From contig CM119264.1 in NCBI GenBank assembly GCA_051294375.1, positions 26,910,340 to 26,974,339 on the forward strand: a stretch of DNA of 64,000 nucleotides, written 5' to 3'. Made by a program: the position numbers and the translations under genes. The notes under the pieces were generated by a model, which did no database searches, had not been told where the DNA came from, and saw nothing but the letters and a program-made list of their open reading frames with translations. The stretch comes from Paraspadella gotoi (Eukaryota > Animalia > Chaetognatha). How positions within the stretch are numbered: the first letter of the stretch is position 1; each line of letters begins with the position of its first letter. This document shows, piece after piece, positions 24,801 through 38,985 of the stretch.

Positions 24801-27800
24801 TATCAATGGCTCGCGAAACAGGGGTGGAAATTTAGGTGTGATAACTGAAGTCTGGGTGATGGCATCACCCACACGCGAAGACGATACCGTGGGAAACTCG
24901 CCAACAAAAAAACACTTGCGTCGTCACCTAAAATCTTTAATCCCTTAGAACTCGATCCCTGAATTTGAATTCTTATTGCACACATCTACTTCTCTTGAAA
25001 TGCGCGTATTTTTATTGCATAACCATTAAAATTTTAAATTCAGATCAGTCCAAAATTACCGTCTAAATCCTTGAAAATGTCGACATATGAACGACATGGA
25101 ATACTTTATGCGACGATTCTACCGTACCTCTCGTCATTTGGAAACGGAAAACCCAATGTGAAACTTTTGGATCTCCGACGGGAAACGCATCAGTACCCGA
25201 CTCCTAAATCAATTCTCAAGTCTCCAAAAACGAGTTCAAAACTCCTGTGCCGGACATTTTGACGCCCACCAAAGTCTCCTCTCTAATGTACCCCACAAAG
25301 CTGACATATCGTCGTCCTCGCCAAATTCTTCTCCACGCCTAAGATGGCACTTTGACACAACTTACCGAATTCTCACTCAAACAAATCCGTCCACCTTTTC
25401 ATCAAGGTTAGATCCCTATTGTTTGTTAACTTAACTTTATAATAATATTATTTTGTTAAATCATTTAGAATGACTCAGAAGATTTCGTAACCTGTCATCC
25501 GAATTTGACTCGGACAAAAACACGCTCATTCAATCCAACGTCAAAACTAGCAGTCGTGAAAAAGCACGGTCTACAACAACAACAAACTTACTTCAACCGA
25601 TATGCCGGCCAATTTGATGACATAGGTGATATTTTTTTTAACATAATAAGTTGCTTACAAGAAACTCAATGAAATTTAATCTTAAAAATAAAACCTTTAA
25701 CATCATTAATTTTAAATCATCTGTTACTAAGGCAAACTGCCAGACACGAAACGGATAGAGCAGAGACGTCGCATGAAGCGCTGTACCGAGCTGATTATTC
25801 CGCGGAGAGTTTCGGGAAAGGGCGCGTTAAGACGCAAGAAAGAAGTTCGTTTCCTGTTGCTCGCTTGGAAGAGGAAGCAGCAACTTCTCGTAAAGACTGA
25901 TTTCTTTTTACTGACAATTTCATTCTTTCCGCTTAATCTCAAATTCGCGAGCATATTTTTCCCAACTATTTGTTACCAGAAGCATCTTTTAACGCTTTCT
26001 TCTCTGTTCAAGCCGACAAAGCACCACCGGTGCCACAAGTTCTGATCAATTTTTTTGTCGCGTATGTTCGCGAACTTTAAACTGTTTTTTCGAACCTGCC
26101 TTTAAAAACTGTTTTGCGGTCATAGTCCTAATTATTGACTGTGATAAAAATATCACACCTTATTTCAGAGAAACCTATAAATAAATTCAAGATGGGTGAC
26201 GTCGAACTGATCGATGACCTTGGAATATCATCTGGCGGACGAGGACAGCTCTCATTATATGACGATTACTCAGTCTCCCGAGTCCCTGACGCTCGAGGTC
26301 TGTCAAGATGCCTCAATGGTTTCAATTAACAGATATTACACATTACAAATTTGAGATAAAACTTAGTAATATTTTTCTCAGTTTTGGGTCTAACATTTGG
26401 AGTCAATTCCCCTCATTTGATATTGGAAATATGATTGGAAAGGAAAACATCATCTGAAGGACTGAGGAGGTAAAATAAATTTGAATATAAGCTTGTTAAT
26501 AATCTTTAAAATAATCACATAAAAATAAAAAAAATAAAAAAATATAATAATTCTATACTCAGGCGATGCTACTGAAAAGCGACGCATCTACAAAGATAAC
26601 CAAGCTCATCCAACACCGAAGAAATGTCATGAAGAGACGCCATCGCTTGCTTTCACTTGATAACGAAAAAACGTCTCTGCCAGCAACAGAAGGATTGCAA
26701 TTCTTGAAGAACCTTTTCTGCTCAGCAGACTGACGTCGGCCGACGATGACAACGCGCGTACAACTCGAAACAAACCCTGCCCATGATGGCGTAACCGCGG
26801 TTTCAGATTCCCATTTTAAAGTCCGCGATGGGAGAGATGACTCCATTCCGTTGATCGTCGGAGGTCCCGACGAAAATTTACTTTCAAGCCCGGCATAAAC
26901 TAAACTCCATCTCAAAAGAAATCGCGAGGGCATCCTACGAGGTGGAAACGAGTATCGCGATGCAATCCGGGTATGACTCCCGAACAGTTTGACAAATATC
27001 TTTACGATACGTTTGGCTGGAGAAAATGTCCACTTGCCTCCTAAATCGCGACTTTCAAAATCCAATTGCGAAACTTTTCCTTACAAATCCTTACATCCTT
27101 ATCTTACCCTACGTCCAATCCGACTGGTCATCCCGTATCCTCACGTTATGTGCCTTCTCAAAAAAACAAATCTAAACCAAGTCAACGTTCATTTTCAAAA
27201 AAACATTTCAAACCTCATGACTGTCGAAAATCGCGCGCACGTCGAATGGAAGCGTACAGAGAACAACGAAACTTCATGTCGATCTGAAAACGAAAGATTG
27301 AGGAAAGAGAAAAAAGACTCGAAGTTACGTTCTTGAAGAAAAAGAAAGGGAAAAAGCTGAACTCTTGAAATGACCACGAATACGAAAAGAACAAGTTGAT
27401 TTTGAAACATCAGAGGGAAATAGAACGGAATTGGAAAAAGAAACTTAATCCCTCAGTGTGAAGACAAACGGGAGTCCTCAAGAGTTGCCTCTAAAATCTT
27501 ACAAAACAAAGGCACTCGTCCAGCTGCGTCCACGAACTTTACCCGCCAAATCTCAAATCACCTCTTTCGCCCAATATCCGCTAATCAGCTACTATCCACG
27601 TTGCCTCTAAACGCGGAAGGCTATGGTGAACAACAAACTCTTCCTCGCTCTTAATCCGATGCGCGGCGCTCGCAATAAAGCGGTCCAAATGTATGGACGA
27701 CATAACACAATAAGTTCCGACCGAACCTTTATAAAGGTAGAAAATTTTGAATTCTGCCGCCTTTGGTTGCATTGTTCTTTTAAAGCCATCAAATATTTCC

Positions 27801-28878
27801 GCGGCCCCGTGCCACTTGATTATAAATATTTCTTACGTCATCAACGTAAATTTTTCTCCATTGACAAGGGGCGTAGATCACGCGCGCAGAAAAACAATTT
27901 TATTGCCATTCAGGCAAGTGTATTGGATAAATAATGATATTGAACCTGGTATGCAGTTGCTTTATCACCAAATAAATGAAGTTCAAAACACACCGGGGTC
28001 TATTTTTTAATTATATTACAAAAACGTCACAATCTGATTCATACATTAAATATTAAAGAAATATCAAAAGTATTAGTTCAGCCTAAGTCTTTAGTATGTT
28101 TAGATGACGTAATCTTCAAGAACCAAAAACGATATATTCCAGTTTGCCCTGATGCTGAACAGTTGCAGTCCAAGTCGCAGAGCATGCTTACGAAAAAGGT
28201 GTGAACCTAGAAATACAATAGATAGCTAGCTGTTAGTTTAAATGTTCACTGGTCTAGTTAGTCAGCTGATAGTGTATGATGTAAATATTGATACTGTGCT
28301 ATTATTTTACTGTTGCAAAATTATTTATTTCGGGAAGCCCCTCGGAAGGTTTCACTAGATAATCGAGGTCGAATGGGCGGGGTGTTAAAAAACCTTTCAC
28401 GGCGCTTCCCGAAACCTCATTAACGATGTTAAGTTATTGGTATTATCTCAATTTCCCTCGATCTCCTCTACGTTATAAATATGATTCTCAAATTCCTCCG
28501 CGCTCCTTCGATCGCGCTCGCGTGCCTCTTCCTCTTCCTCCTCCTTCTCCATATTCTCCTCTTCTTCCTCCCCTTTCCTCCGCGGACGCTGTCGTGCCTC
28601 CATGGCATCAGTTTTCTGCTTTCCTCTCGATTCGCACCTCCGTTCTCGATTATTATTTTTAGTGTTTATTGGTACCTTGGAATCCGAGGGTCATACAAGT
28701 AGGTTATTAAATAGTTAGTAAATATTTAATCGAATTCTTACTGTTTATAATAAATAGCTTAGCTAATTATTATAAATTGCTCGATTGCTAGTTATTGATT
28801 AATCGTTTTTACTTCAGGGCTTTTCAACCTATCTCATCGCTTTTTTGTCTTTTACTCTACTACATTTAATACAATACA
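21830..28878 (+). mobile_element. Decayed BEL/Pao LTR retrotransposon (5' end missing): pol remnants about 22150-24962, accessory region 25077-28200, 3' LTR
   Basis: Frameshifted motifs: SIPKLELxA (~22620), FTDS..L.WI (~22730), HVPG..PAD..RG (~22850), SDNGTNFV (~24250), GGVWER.VG (~24395), AILNRRPLT (~24505), FWRRW..EYVTSLQKRCKW (~24690), LIPLELDP* (ends 24962). Confidence 0.85.
28383..28878 (+). repeat. 3' LTR of the BEL/Pao element
   Basis: Purine-rich PPT GAATGGGCGGGG (28371-82) is followed directly by TGTT. TATA-like TATAAATA at about 28475, AATAAA at about 28749, ends ...ACA (28873 or 28878). No second LTR is available to confirm. Confidence 0.65.
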
Positions 28879-29007
28879 ATGTTAAAAGCATTCCCTCGAC
28901 TTCATTCCTTAGATATTATTCACTTAGAACTCGAAAAGTCTCCACCTCACGGTATTTTCGTGACATCTACTTTGAATACGAGGAGGAAAAGGAGAAAGAC
29001 GTTCTTT

Positions 29008-29054
<47 letters not shown>

Positions 29055-30576
29055 TCTCTCTCTCTTCTCTCTCTCTCTATCTCTCTCTCTCTCTCTCTCT
29101 TTTCTCCTGCTCTGTCTCCCTCTTTTCTCTCTCTCTCCTCCCTATTCTCTCTTCTCTCTTCTCTCTCTCTCTCTCTTCTCTCTTTCTCTCTCTCTTTCTC
29201 TATCTCTCTTTCTCTCTCCTCTCCCTCCCCCCTCTCTCCCCCATTCTTCCCACAAAAGCCCAAACCGCGAAGGTGGAAACGATGGATGGCCCAAAGTGTC
29301 GCCGGCATCGAGCGTCGACGTTGCCGGTGCAAGTTGCCGGTATAACGTCGTCGATACGTGCTTTTTATAAAAGTTTNNNNNNNNNNNNNNNNNNNNNNNN
29401 NTAATTGACTGCGTTGAGTTGACAATTGACGCGTCACCATCGTAGCGTCCCGTCGTGCGACCTAAATTTCTTTCCTTCCCGTCGTCAAAAATTATCGTCG
29501 AATGACGTCGTCGTCGTCGTCGAAATATATGCGACGTCATCGGAAACGGTCGTCGCGTTACCCCGCGGGGAGAGAACGGTGAGAGGGCGTGGCAGATCCC
29601 TCTCCCTCCATCCTCCTCCCCCCCCAAAAAAAGGGGGGGCACCGTTAATGGGGTTGGAATCCGTCGTAAGCCTTTTCGTCTGCTCTTCCTTCCCCCCCCC
29701 CAACCGCTCTACACCCTTTTTTGTCTCTCTCGGTTCTAATTCCCTTCGTCCATCCGCGAAAAGCGAACGGATTAGTCGCCACCTGGGGGGGAAAGACGTG
29801 TGGTTGCGGATCGTGGGTGGGAAATCGTGGATTGTGGGCGGCGTGAATTTTTGGGTGATTTAAAAATTGTGGATTGTGTAGAAATTTTGAAATGATGGAT
29901 TTGGGGGAGTTCTTTAAGAGGGGCGGATTTGGGAATGTGACGGTGATTTAGAAATCGTGGAATAATGGCAGTGTGGGATTGTGGAAGTTTGGAACTCGCG
30001 GATTGTGGGCAGCGTGCATAGACTGGATAGTGGATCCTGGGGATTTAAATATCGTGGATTGTGAGAAGTAAGGTTTTTTATTTTCCATTTCTTTCCTACA
30101 ATTCTGTATTTTGTGACTATTGTTTTCCTTAAAATTTGGCACTTCTGTCTTATCTCCTATTATATGAAAAAATTGAAAGATTTATTATTTTACTATATTA
30201 GACATCATTCTTGTTAAGAAGTCATTTATTGAAAATTTCAAAAATATGTACAACAAGTCTGAACAGAAAGGGTGGAGAGGATTTGTTATGGGATATCAGG
30301 TCATTGGATATTCATTATTATTGAGGGTTAAGATTCAAAAGTAGAATCGTATTTCTGATATATGAAAATCCACGATTTGAAAGTCAAGATTTATTTTATC
30401 GGATATCGACGTCGTCACTTTCGTCGTCGTTTTTCGTCGTCGCTCGCTTTTGGTCAGCGACGCGACTTAATCAATTACAGTCGTCGCGGATTTAATCCGA
30501 AAGTCGGAAATCGTCCCGTCGATCAATGACGTCTCGTCTGATAGCGTCGTTTGCCGTCGTCGGGCTGAGCGTCGGT

Positions 30577-30614
<38 letters not shown>

Positions 30615-32194
30615 AGGAGAGAGAGAGAGAGAGAGAGAGAAGAGAAGAGAGAGAGAGAGAAGAAGAGTGTAGTTGGAGTCTGAGGGCGATTACATTAATG
30701 AGGCGCTTTGATATGGGATAAAAGCAAATCAATAAATGGGATGTTTCTCTTGGGGGACGTGATGACGACAGTCATTGTAATTTGTACGACGACGTATGTT
30801 CGGAAGACTTTTAGCTTATTTGGCTTATTAGCTTTATTGCGCTGTATTGGCTTATTGGCTTATTAGCTTTATGGCTTATTGGCCTTATTGCTCGTCACTC
30901 GCATCATGTGAATTTCTCGAAGAGCAAAAAACGTAGCTTATCTTGTTACACTTTATCGATATTGTTGATGTAACTTTTTTCCTTAGCTACCTCAGTTAAT
31001 TTGATTTATAATTTTATAGGCAAAACTAATGGTTTATTTTGACGTTAATGCGGATTTAGGCTCCGCAGTATAAAACAAATATTTCACCATCATTTATCGA
31101 AATTTCCCCATAACTTTTTGTCGGAGCAAATCGGGAATTTAGATTTAGATTTAGATTAATTAAGAATCAAAAGGTTGTGCTAAAAACAAGATAAGCGTTC
31201 CGAGCGATGGGCACTCGGAGCTCTATCGATCTAAAAAAAAGTTAAAAGGAACCCAAAATGTAAAGTAGCAAAGTGCCACTACTCTAGTGGCAAGTAGTTA
31301 TCGCCCATCGCGACGCCATCGACGGAGTAAATGGCACCGAAATTCGTCTGACGAAGAAAAAAAAAGTGGGCGTGGCGAAAAACGGCGCCTTTTTTTTCGC
31401 CCCGACGCCCACGTGGGGTGAGGATCGGAGGCGGCGATGCGGCGGCGGTGCGGCCACGATTCGCTGCTGCGGGGGTGCTTCGGTGCGAGTCGAACGTGGG
31501 AAGATTGTCTGTAACTAAAGATGATAAATTCGTTAGTAACTTTTAAACGCTGGATTGGTAATTTGAGAAATGAATGGGCGCCTTAAACGAACTGCAAAGT
31601 AAAAAAAAATCGCACTTTGTCGTGGTTATATTTCATACCCCGCTTCTCCTCCAAGAATTGGCGCCACCTGTGGCCCAGGAGGTAGCACCATCTCCTCTCA
31701 ACCGAGAAAACTCGGGTTCGCGCCTTTCTGATTCGCACAAGAAAGTACGACCCACCTGTCGTGACGGACTACAGCCCGTGTGTGCAACGGACGGTGAACT
31801 GCTCGCGGCATCGTCTTCCAGACTGGCATCACAGGCAACCCGGCTGTGATTAACTGAGATTCAGTAAATTCAGCGATTTTGTGAATATTGAAAAAAGTTG
31901 TCAAAAATCTTGCCTTGCTTTTTGGTTTAACAAAATAAATGTAAAAAAGATGTGAAATCACAATAAAACTTCCGGCTAAATTTTAATTTAAATTTAGATT
32001 TTCATGAAATTTGAAAATAAATTCAACGATTGTAGGTGCATTTTTTTTCCAAAATCGCCCTAAATTTCGTCTTTTTTTTTTCCGAGTCTATTTATATTTT
32101 GAGTAAATTAATGTTTTGATTTCTCGGTTATGAGTTATCGGTGGGCGTGAGGTTCGTTTCAGTGGGCGGGACGACCTAATGATTTTGGGTATCA

Positions 32195-32252
<58 letters not shown>

Positions 32253-32399
32253 GGGCGTGGCCCCGCCGCCGGCGCCTTCCATGGGCCCGATGCGAGACTA
32301 AAAATTCGATTTGGTTTCGTAATCGAGACGAAAAAGGCGACGACGACGATGACGACGAAAATGAAACGAGGACCATGCCATGCTGAACGTCAACCACCA

Positions 32400-32650
32400 T
32401 GGCAAACATTGGCCAATATTTTCACCACAGCCGCCATGTGAAACGGCAGCCACGAAGACAAATCGAACCACTTTAAACCAAAGCCAATAAATAAAACGGC
32501 TGCCACCCTGTTAAACCTCTACCATCATGTCAAACCGCGGCCACAATATTAAACCTTTACCGTCATGTCATACCGCTGCCACCATGTTAAATCTCCACCG
32601 TCCGTTCGAACCGCGGCCACCATGTTAAACCTCTGCCGTCATGTCTTACT
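32400..32650. repeat. Degenerate tandem repeat, about 38-bp unit
   Basis: CACCATGTTAAACCTCTACCGTCATGTCAAACCGCGGC-like units. Confidence 0.7.
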
Positions 32651-33355
32651 GAAGCCACTTTGACCCTCTCATTGAATTCAGTTTTTTCCACCCAAAAAAT
32701 GTTTCGCCTCCACGAATCCAGTTTCGCTCCGACGCCAATGGGCGAAGAGAGAGTTCGTCGTCGTCATCCTCATCGTCGTCGTCGTTGTCGTCATCATCAT
32801 CCTATTCTTCATCGTTGTCATCCCAGTCGACACAGAAACAAAGCTGTATTCGCCGATTATTAATGTTATTGTCATTTTTACAATTGTTAGACCCAAAAAC
32901 CTTTGTCATCATTGCCATCGACAGAGTCTTAGCCGTCATCTTCTAAAAAGATCGATTTAATCTCATTTCAGCCAATGAGCAGATTGGGTTCGACTCTACG
33001 CCGTCGCTGACGTCGTCGTCGTTGTCGTCGTCATCTTCGTCGTCATTGGATTTGTTTCTGCGGATTTTTCGCTCCTTCCCCTCCGGCTCATGTTCCAGTG
33101 TCTTCGTAAAAATCCGTGTCAGACTCTCGTTCGAGTTTACTCTCCGTTTTCGAGGTCGTCAACTCTGTTTTTCTTGTTGTTTTCTCCTTTGTTTTGGAAA
33201 ACGTTGGAATACGTCGTCCTTAAAGGGGATTTGGCGTCGTTTTCGTCGTTGTCGTTTTCCTCGTCGTCTTCGTCGTCGTCGTCGTCATATTCGCTGTCGT
33301 TTTCTTTCTCTACACTAACCTTTTACGTTCTTGCTTTCTTTTTCCTCTCTCCCCG

Positions 33356-33731
33356 TTTTTAGTTACGCCGCGAGGACTCGCGGAGAAACTCTATAAGTCA
33401 CTTTTCGGTCGGTCTGTCGGTCCGTCGATATGTCTGCCCATTGGTCAGTCCCACTTACGTTTAAAATACGTATAATTCGCTTTTAGTTGGTTGTTCATTT
33501 GTTTAGACAGAAAAAACCTCAAATCTAAGGGACTGCTATTGCCACCTTCAGGAATTCCTAAAACTAAAGATGAAAGACAGAATTTTGATGCAGTGCATGT
33601 TATAAATACATAAGCAAAAAAGTTATTTAGTCATGTTATGTATATGTCATATCATGTCATGTCACCGAAGGTAAAATACACGTGAAAATAAAGTCACTGC
33701 GGCGCAACACATTGGAATTACCGTTATTGTT
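33356..33731 (+). mobile_element. Helentron-associated non-autonomous element (HINE/DINE-1-like)
   Basis: T-run ends, subterminal IR GTTRCGCCGC/GCGGCGCAAC, hairpin CCGCGAG..CTCGCGG, GTCY microsatellite. Confidence 0.75.
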
Positions 33732-33929
33732 TTTTCATACATATATCCACTCCATCTTTTAATTATTTCCCATCACTCTCTTCTTGTCTCCCTCTTTCCT
33801 TTTTCTATTTTCCTCGGTCTTTCTTTCTTTCTTATTACTTTCCTCCGCATTCTTCTCTGTCACTATTTGTTTTAATTTTTCGTCCCATTATTTTATCAAT
33901 CAAATTCAAAAAATCTTTTCCACTCTTTA

Positions 33930-34480
33930 TCTCCCCTTTTTTTTTCTTTCCTCCCTTTCTTCCACCTCCGAACTCCTAAACTCTCCCCTTTTTTCTTTCC
34001 TCCCTTTTCTTCCACATCCGAACTCCTAAAACTCTCCCTTTTTTTTCTTTCCTCCTTTCTTCCATCCTCCGAATCCTAAAATCTCCCCTTTTTTTTTCTT
34101 TCCTACCTTTCTTCTCTCCGACTCCTAACCCCCTTTTCTAGCCTCCCTTCCACTACTCCTAACTACCCCTTTTTTTTCATTTCCTCCCTTATTCTTCCCA
34201 CCTACCGAACTCCTAACTTCTTCCCCCTTGTTTTTTTTTTCTTTCCTCCCTTATCTTACCACCATCCGACTCCTAAACTCTCCCCTTATTTTTTCTTTCC
34301 TCACTTTCTTCTCCTCCGAAACTCCTAAACTCTTCCCCTTTTTTTCTTTTCCCTTTCTTCCACCTCCGAACTCCTAAACTCTTCCCTTTTTTTCTTTCCT
34401 CCCTTTCTTCCTCCTCCGAACTCCTAACTCTCCCCATTTTTTTCTTTCCTCCCTTTCTTACACCTCCGAAACATAAACTC
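33930..34480. repeat. Polypyrimidine minisatellite, about 50-bp unit
   Basis: CTCCGAACTCCTAAACTCTCCCC recurs about every 50 nt. Confidence 0.88.
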
Positions 34481-34567
34481 TACCGCTTTCGTGGGTTTGC
34501 TGTCCGCGTTCGCCAGAGGAACATTAACTTTTTTTTGCCTCGTTGCTCTGTTTTTTATATAATCGGA

Positions 34568-34603
<36 letters not shown>

Positions 34604-35406
34604 TTCTCTCTCTCTCTCTCTCTCTCTACTCTCTTCTCTCTTACTCTTTTCTGCCTGTCTGTCTCCCTCCCCCTCTTGTTCTCTTTTTCATTTTTCCCCA
34701 AGCTTTTCAGTATCCATTTTCACTCTTGTGCTCCGCCTCGATGCCAGCGTGGGTTTGCTCTCTCCTCCTTCTCCGCCTCTCTCTCGGTCTCTCTCTCTCT
34801 CGTTATCTCTTCACGTCTCTCTCTCTCTCGTCTCTTCTGTCTCTCTCTGTCTGTCTTTTTTCTCTCTCCTACTGTTTCTTTTCTTTCACCAGTTTCTTAA
34901 TCCTTTCCTTCTCGTCTATATTTCCTTTCACACACGTCCTCCTCCTCCCACTGAGTTCTCGTCCTCGCTGCTCTTTCGTCCGCCTCTCTCTCTCTCTCTC
35001 CTCTCTCTTTCTCTCCTCTCTCTCTCTCTCTCTCTACTTCTTTCTCCCTCTCTCTCTCTCTCTCCCCTCTTTTTGTTTTTTTGTTTCAACATTTTTCCAT
35101 AAGAGCCCTCCGTCTCCAGGGCGACCGTCGGCGGAGGCGGTTCAATTCAAATCTTCGTCGCCAAATTGAATTAACCCGCGCGAAAGTAAAACGAAAACAA
35201 AAGACGTCGTTTTCGCTCGTTTTCGATCAACGACGTCGATTGCGCCATCAAAGGCTCTGGAATTGCAGAATCAAGAGAAAATTTCATGCGAATGTTATTG
35301 ACGATTAATTTGGTAAAGAACCATCGAGAGCTTTCGCTCGACTGGACGTAATTTTGCGGACCGTTTCGATAGTATTTATCGTCTGCAGTACATGAAATTG
35401 CTTTCA

Positions 35407-35537
<131 letters not shown>

Positions 35538-35984
35538 CCATCTCCACTCTCTTCCCCTTTTCTCTCCTCACGATCTTTTTCCCTTTGACCTTTTTCTCTT
35601 TGTATCTCCCTCCCCCACCTCCACCGTCTCAGTCCAGTATCCACTTCCCTATCTCCCCTGCCCGACCACTTCTCCACCCCACTCCCCTCTGCCCGTCACT
35701 CTTGACCGACGCCCGATCCATTTCCTCGCCCGTCTCTCGATCGCGACGCCATCTTCGTCGCCGACGCGAAGACGAGGATTTTCGAGTCGCGATTCTCGGG
35801 GCGTGACGTCGTTTCCGGTCTGGCGAGCGGGGGAAGGGGCGTGGAGAGAGAGAGGGGAAAGAGGGAGAGAGGGAGAGGGGGGAGGGGAGAGGGGGAGAAG
35901 GAAGAGAAGGGAGAGGGAAGAGGGAAAAGTGAGAATGGCAGGGCGAGGAAGAAAGGCGAGAGAGAGAGAGAGAGAAAGAGTGAT

Positions 35985-36064
<80 letters not shown>

Positions 36065-37068
36065 AAAGCAAGACGCTCGTCCGCCAGGGTCAAATGGAGG
36101 TCATCGACTTTACGCCGCGAATATCGATTCAGTGAAAGTGAAACGATCTCTCGTGACGACGACGACGACGACGACGACGAAGAAAACGTCGACCTCGGGA
36201 TCTCATTTCTCGTTAATTTCCGAAAAGCGACTCGTCTTGTCTTGTCGAGCCAAGATTTAGCCTCGATCAGAGATTTAAAAACTATCCAGGATTTAGATTT
36301 TTAGTTGAGTGCTTGAATTTAGTTGACACAAGATCTAATCCCGATCTAAGATTTAAAAACGATCCAAGATTTAATTTAGTGAATTAATTTAGTCGAGCCA
36401 AGAATTAGCCTCGAGCTAAGATTTATAAACGATACAAGATAAGTTAGTCTTTTTAAATTTAGTTGAGCCAATATTTTTAGTTGAGTGCTTCAATTTCGCC
36501 GAGTCAATTTTTAGACTCTAATTAAGATTTATTTGTCAGCTAAGATTTTGATTAGAGCTTAAATTTACATATTTCGCTTCATGCTGAGATTTATTTGCGA
36601 CTTAAGATTTACAGACTTATTCCCGAGCAAGATTTATCCTATGCTCAAGTTTAGGCTTAGTCCTAAGCCAAAATTAATCCAAGAGCTAAGAGCTTAATTA
36701 ATATTTTGTAGTCTACAGTAGAATCAAGATTTGGTCTTCATCATAAGCATCATCACTCCATCTAAAGCAAGACCCCGTAATTTCTAATCGTAGAAAGCCA
36801 ACTCAGTTGAGCAGCCGAATCCAAGAAAGCCGGAATGTCTTTTGATGTTTATCAATGATGTTAGCAATGGGTTGTCTTTCGTTTTTTTAATGAGACGTTC
36901 AACAATTGGATAGTTCGTCAGTTAGTCAGTCTGTCTATATCTTTCCACAATAAAAACAACAACAACGACCAGAACTAAATTGAAGCCGAGATTTTTATCG
37001 CCTCCTTAGTCTTTCTTCCCGATTCTCAATGGGAAGAGAAAGATTGGAGGTGGAACGACCCCAACTTT

Positions 37069-37110
<42 letters not shown>

Positions 37111-37211
37111 TTTGTAGTCAAAAATTTTCTTTCTTTTTATTTTCTCTTCGGCCTTTTTCAACAAATGGTGATCTTTTCTTCTTCAATTTTCTTTTTACTG
37201 CATCATAATCT

Positions 37212-37281
<70 letters not shown>

Positions 37282-38721
37282 CTCTTTGTTTCCCCGTTTT
37301 CTTTCTTTGTGTGTATCTCTGACTGTCTCTCTCTCCCCACTTATCAGGTTTGTAAGAGATCTTTTGAAAAAATAGTCCGTCTTCTGGATCATTCACTTTT
37401 TACGGAGTGGATGATAAGAATATCGGATTTGCGAAAGAATTCAAAGAGACTACTTCCGCCGGTTTTGGGTAAGTTCATATCATTTCTGGGGCAAGTAAGT
37501 CGCCTTATAGCGGGAGTTAATCTCTTTTGATATATTTTCTTGTTAAATTATTAATTCTTTTTGTTAGTTTTCCTACACAAAAAATACAAAATATCTGTAG
37601 TTTTTAATATTTAATTTTATGACAAATTCTGTAGTTTCGGTAATATTAAAAAATATGCCCATCAGACTCCCAAATTAACCCTTACCTTTTTGCACAGGAT
37701 TTTCACTCTTCCGCCACTTCTCTTCCCCCTCCCTACTCCCCCGTCGCCTTTTCTGTCTTCGCCCGCGTCTCACGTCGGGACTTCACACGTCCGCGCGAAT
37801 CACAACCCTCACACTTATTGCCTCGCGTTACTTCATCGACGTCGTCGTCGTCGTCATCCGATCCGAGCCAACATCGCTTCTAACGGTCGATCGCCATCGC
37901 CATCACGATCACGACTAAAATCGCAACACATCGAATCGGTGAGTTTATTAGTTTTAACTAAAACGTCCTGTGAACTTGGCAACAAATCACGAGATGGTCA
38001 CTGGTTCCTGTCCTTTAATTATTACCCTTGGTGAAAGGAATAATGCGAGCCTTTCGCATCGTATCCTGTCGTGTCTTTCTAGTTTGAAATTTATTACAAA
38101 TGTCGAAGATTTTGTTTTATCATAGTTTCCTATCCTTAAGTAACGGGGTTAAAAAAAAAGCCTTTTTATTAAGCGGTTATCAAAATGTTTTTTCAAACAA
38201 TGTGAGAGGAAGAAGCAAGAAGGAGATTGCGAAGAAGAAGAGGAAAAAAAAAAGAAAAGGAAGTAGATTGAAGAGGAAGAAGAAATTGAAAAATGGTTTC
38301 GATTCCGAGGGAAAAAGTCACGTGGGTTTTTCTTTAGTCCGCCCTCAACTCTCCTTTTCGCCTTACCAATTTGGTTGCGCTCTCTCTCGCTCTCTCTCGC
38401 TCTCCTTCGCTCTCTCTCTCTCTCTCTCTCTCTTGTGGCCACCTCCAAAAAACCGACATAAAAATGAAAAATTTTAATATCTATGACTTTAAAATTTATG
38501 GGTGAGAAGCTATGGTTTATTTTTTATTTTTTACTTAATTAATTTTCTTACTACTTCAATTCTTGAAATAATTAATTCAAGTTTTATTACGTACCACCGA
38601 CTCAGATACGTACCACCGACTCAAATACTCGACAGCAGTTTAAAACGATGATCATTTTAAATCAAAGTCATCTATTTTTAAACTAATGCAGACAAGAGTT
38701 AACAAGATTTCAGTTTTACGA

Positions 38722-38865
38722 AATAGCGGAAAGGTATAAGTTTTTTTTATTGTCAACAACGATAATTTAATTTATTGTCCAATTTTACATTATAATCGAA
38801 ACATGTCCAAATTCAATTAAATTATCGTTGTTGACAATAAAAAAATCTTATACCTTTCCGCTATT
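38722..38865. mobile_element. 144-bp hairpin MITE with near-perfect arms of about 50 bp
   Basis: AATAGCGGAAAGGTATAAG..TTTTTTATTGTCAACAACGATAATTTAATT and its reverse complement at 38816-38865; TA at both ends. Confidence 0.85.
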
Positions 38866-38985
38866 CTCAAACGCAACGAAACGAAAGAAAATTACACAAA
38901 GTTTTACGAAAAAAAAAAATCCTGGAATGGTTTTTATTCGTTCCCTTCGATGTTCATTTGTTTCGCCGATTTTCTAGTTTAAACT

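Noticed and set aside
31656-31849. Kazal-like CRDGLQPVCATDG segment after a plausible acceptor
   Set aside because: The rest of the Kazal motif and the adjoining exons were not found; evidence too thin.
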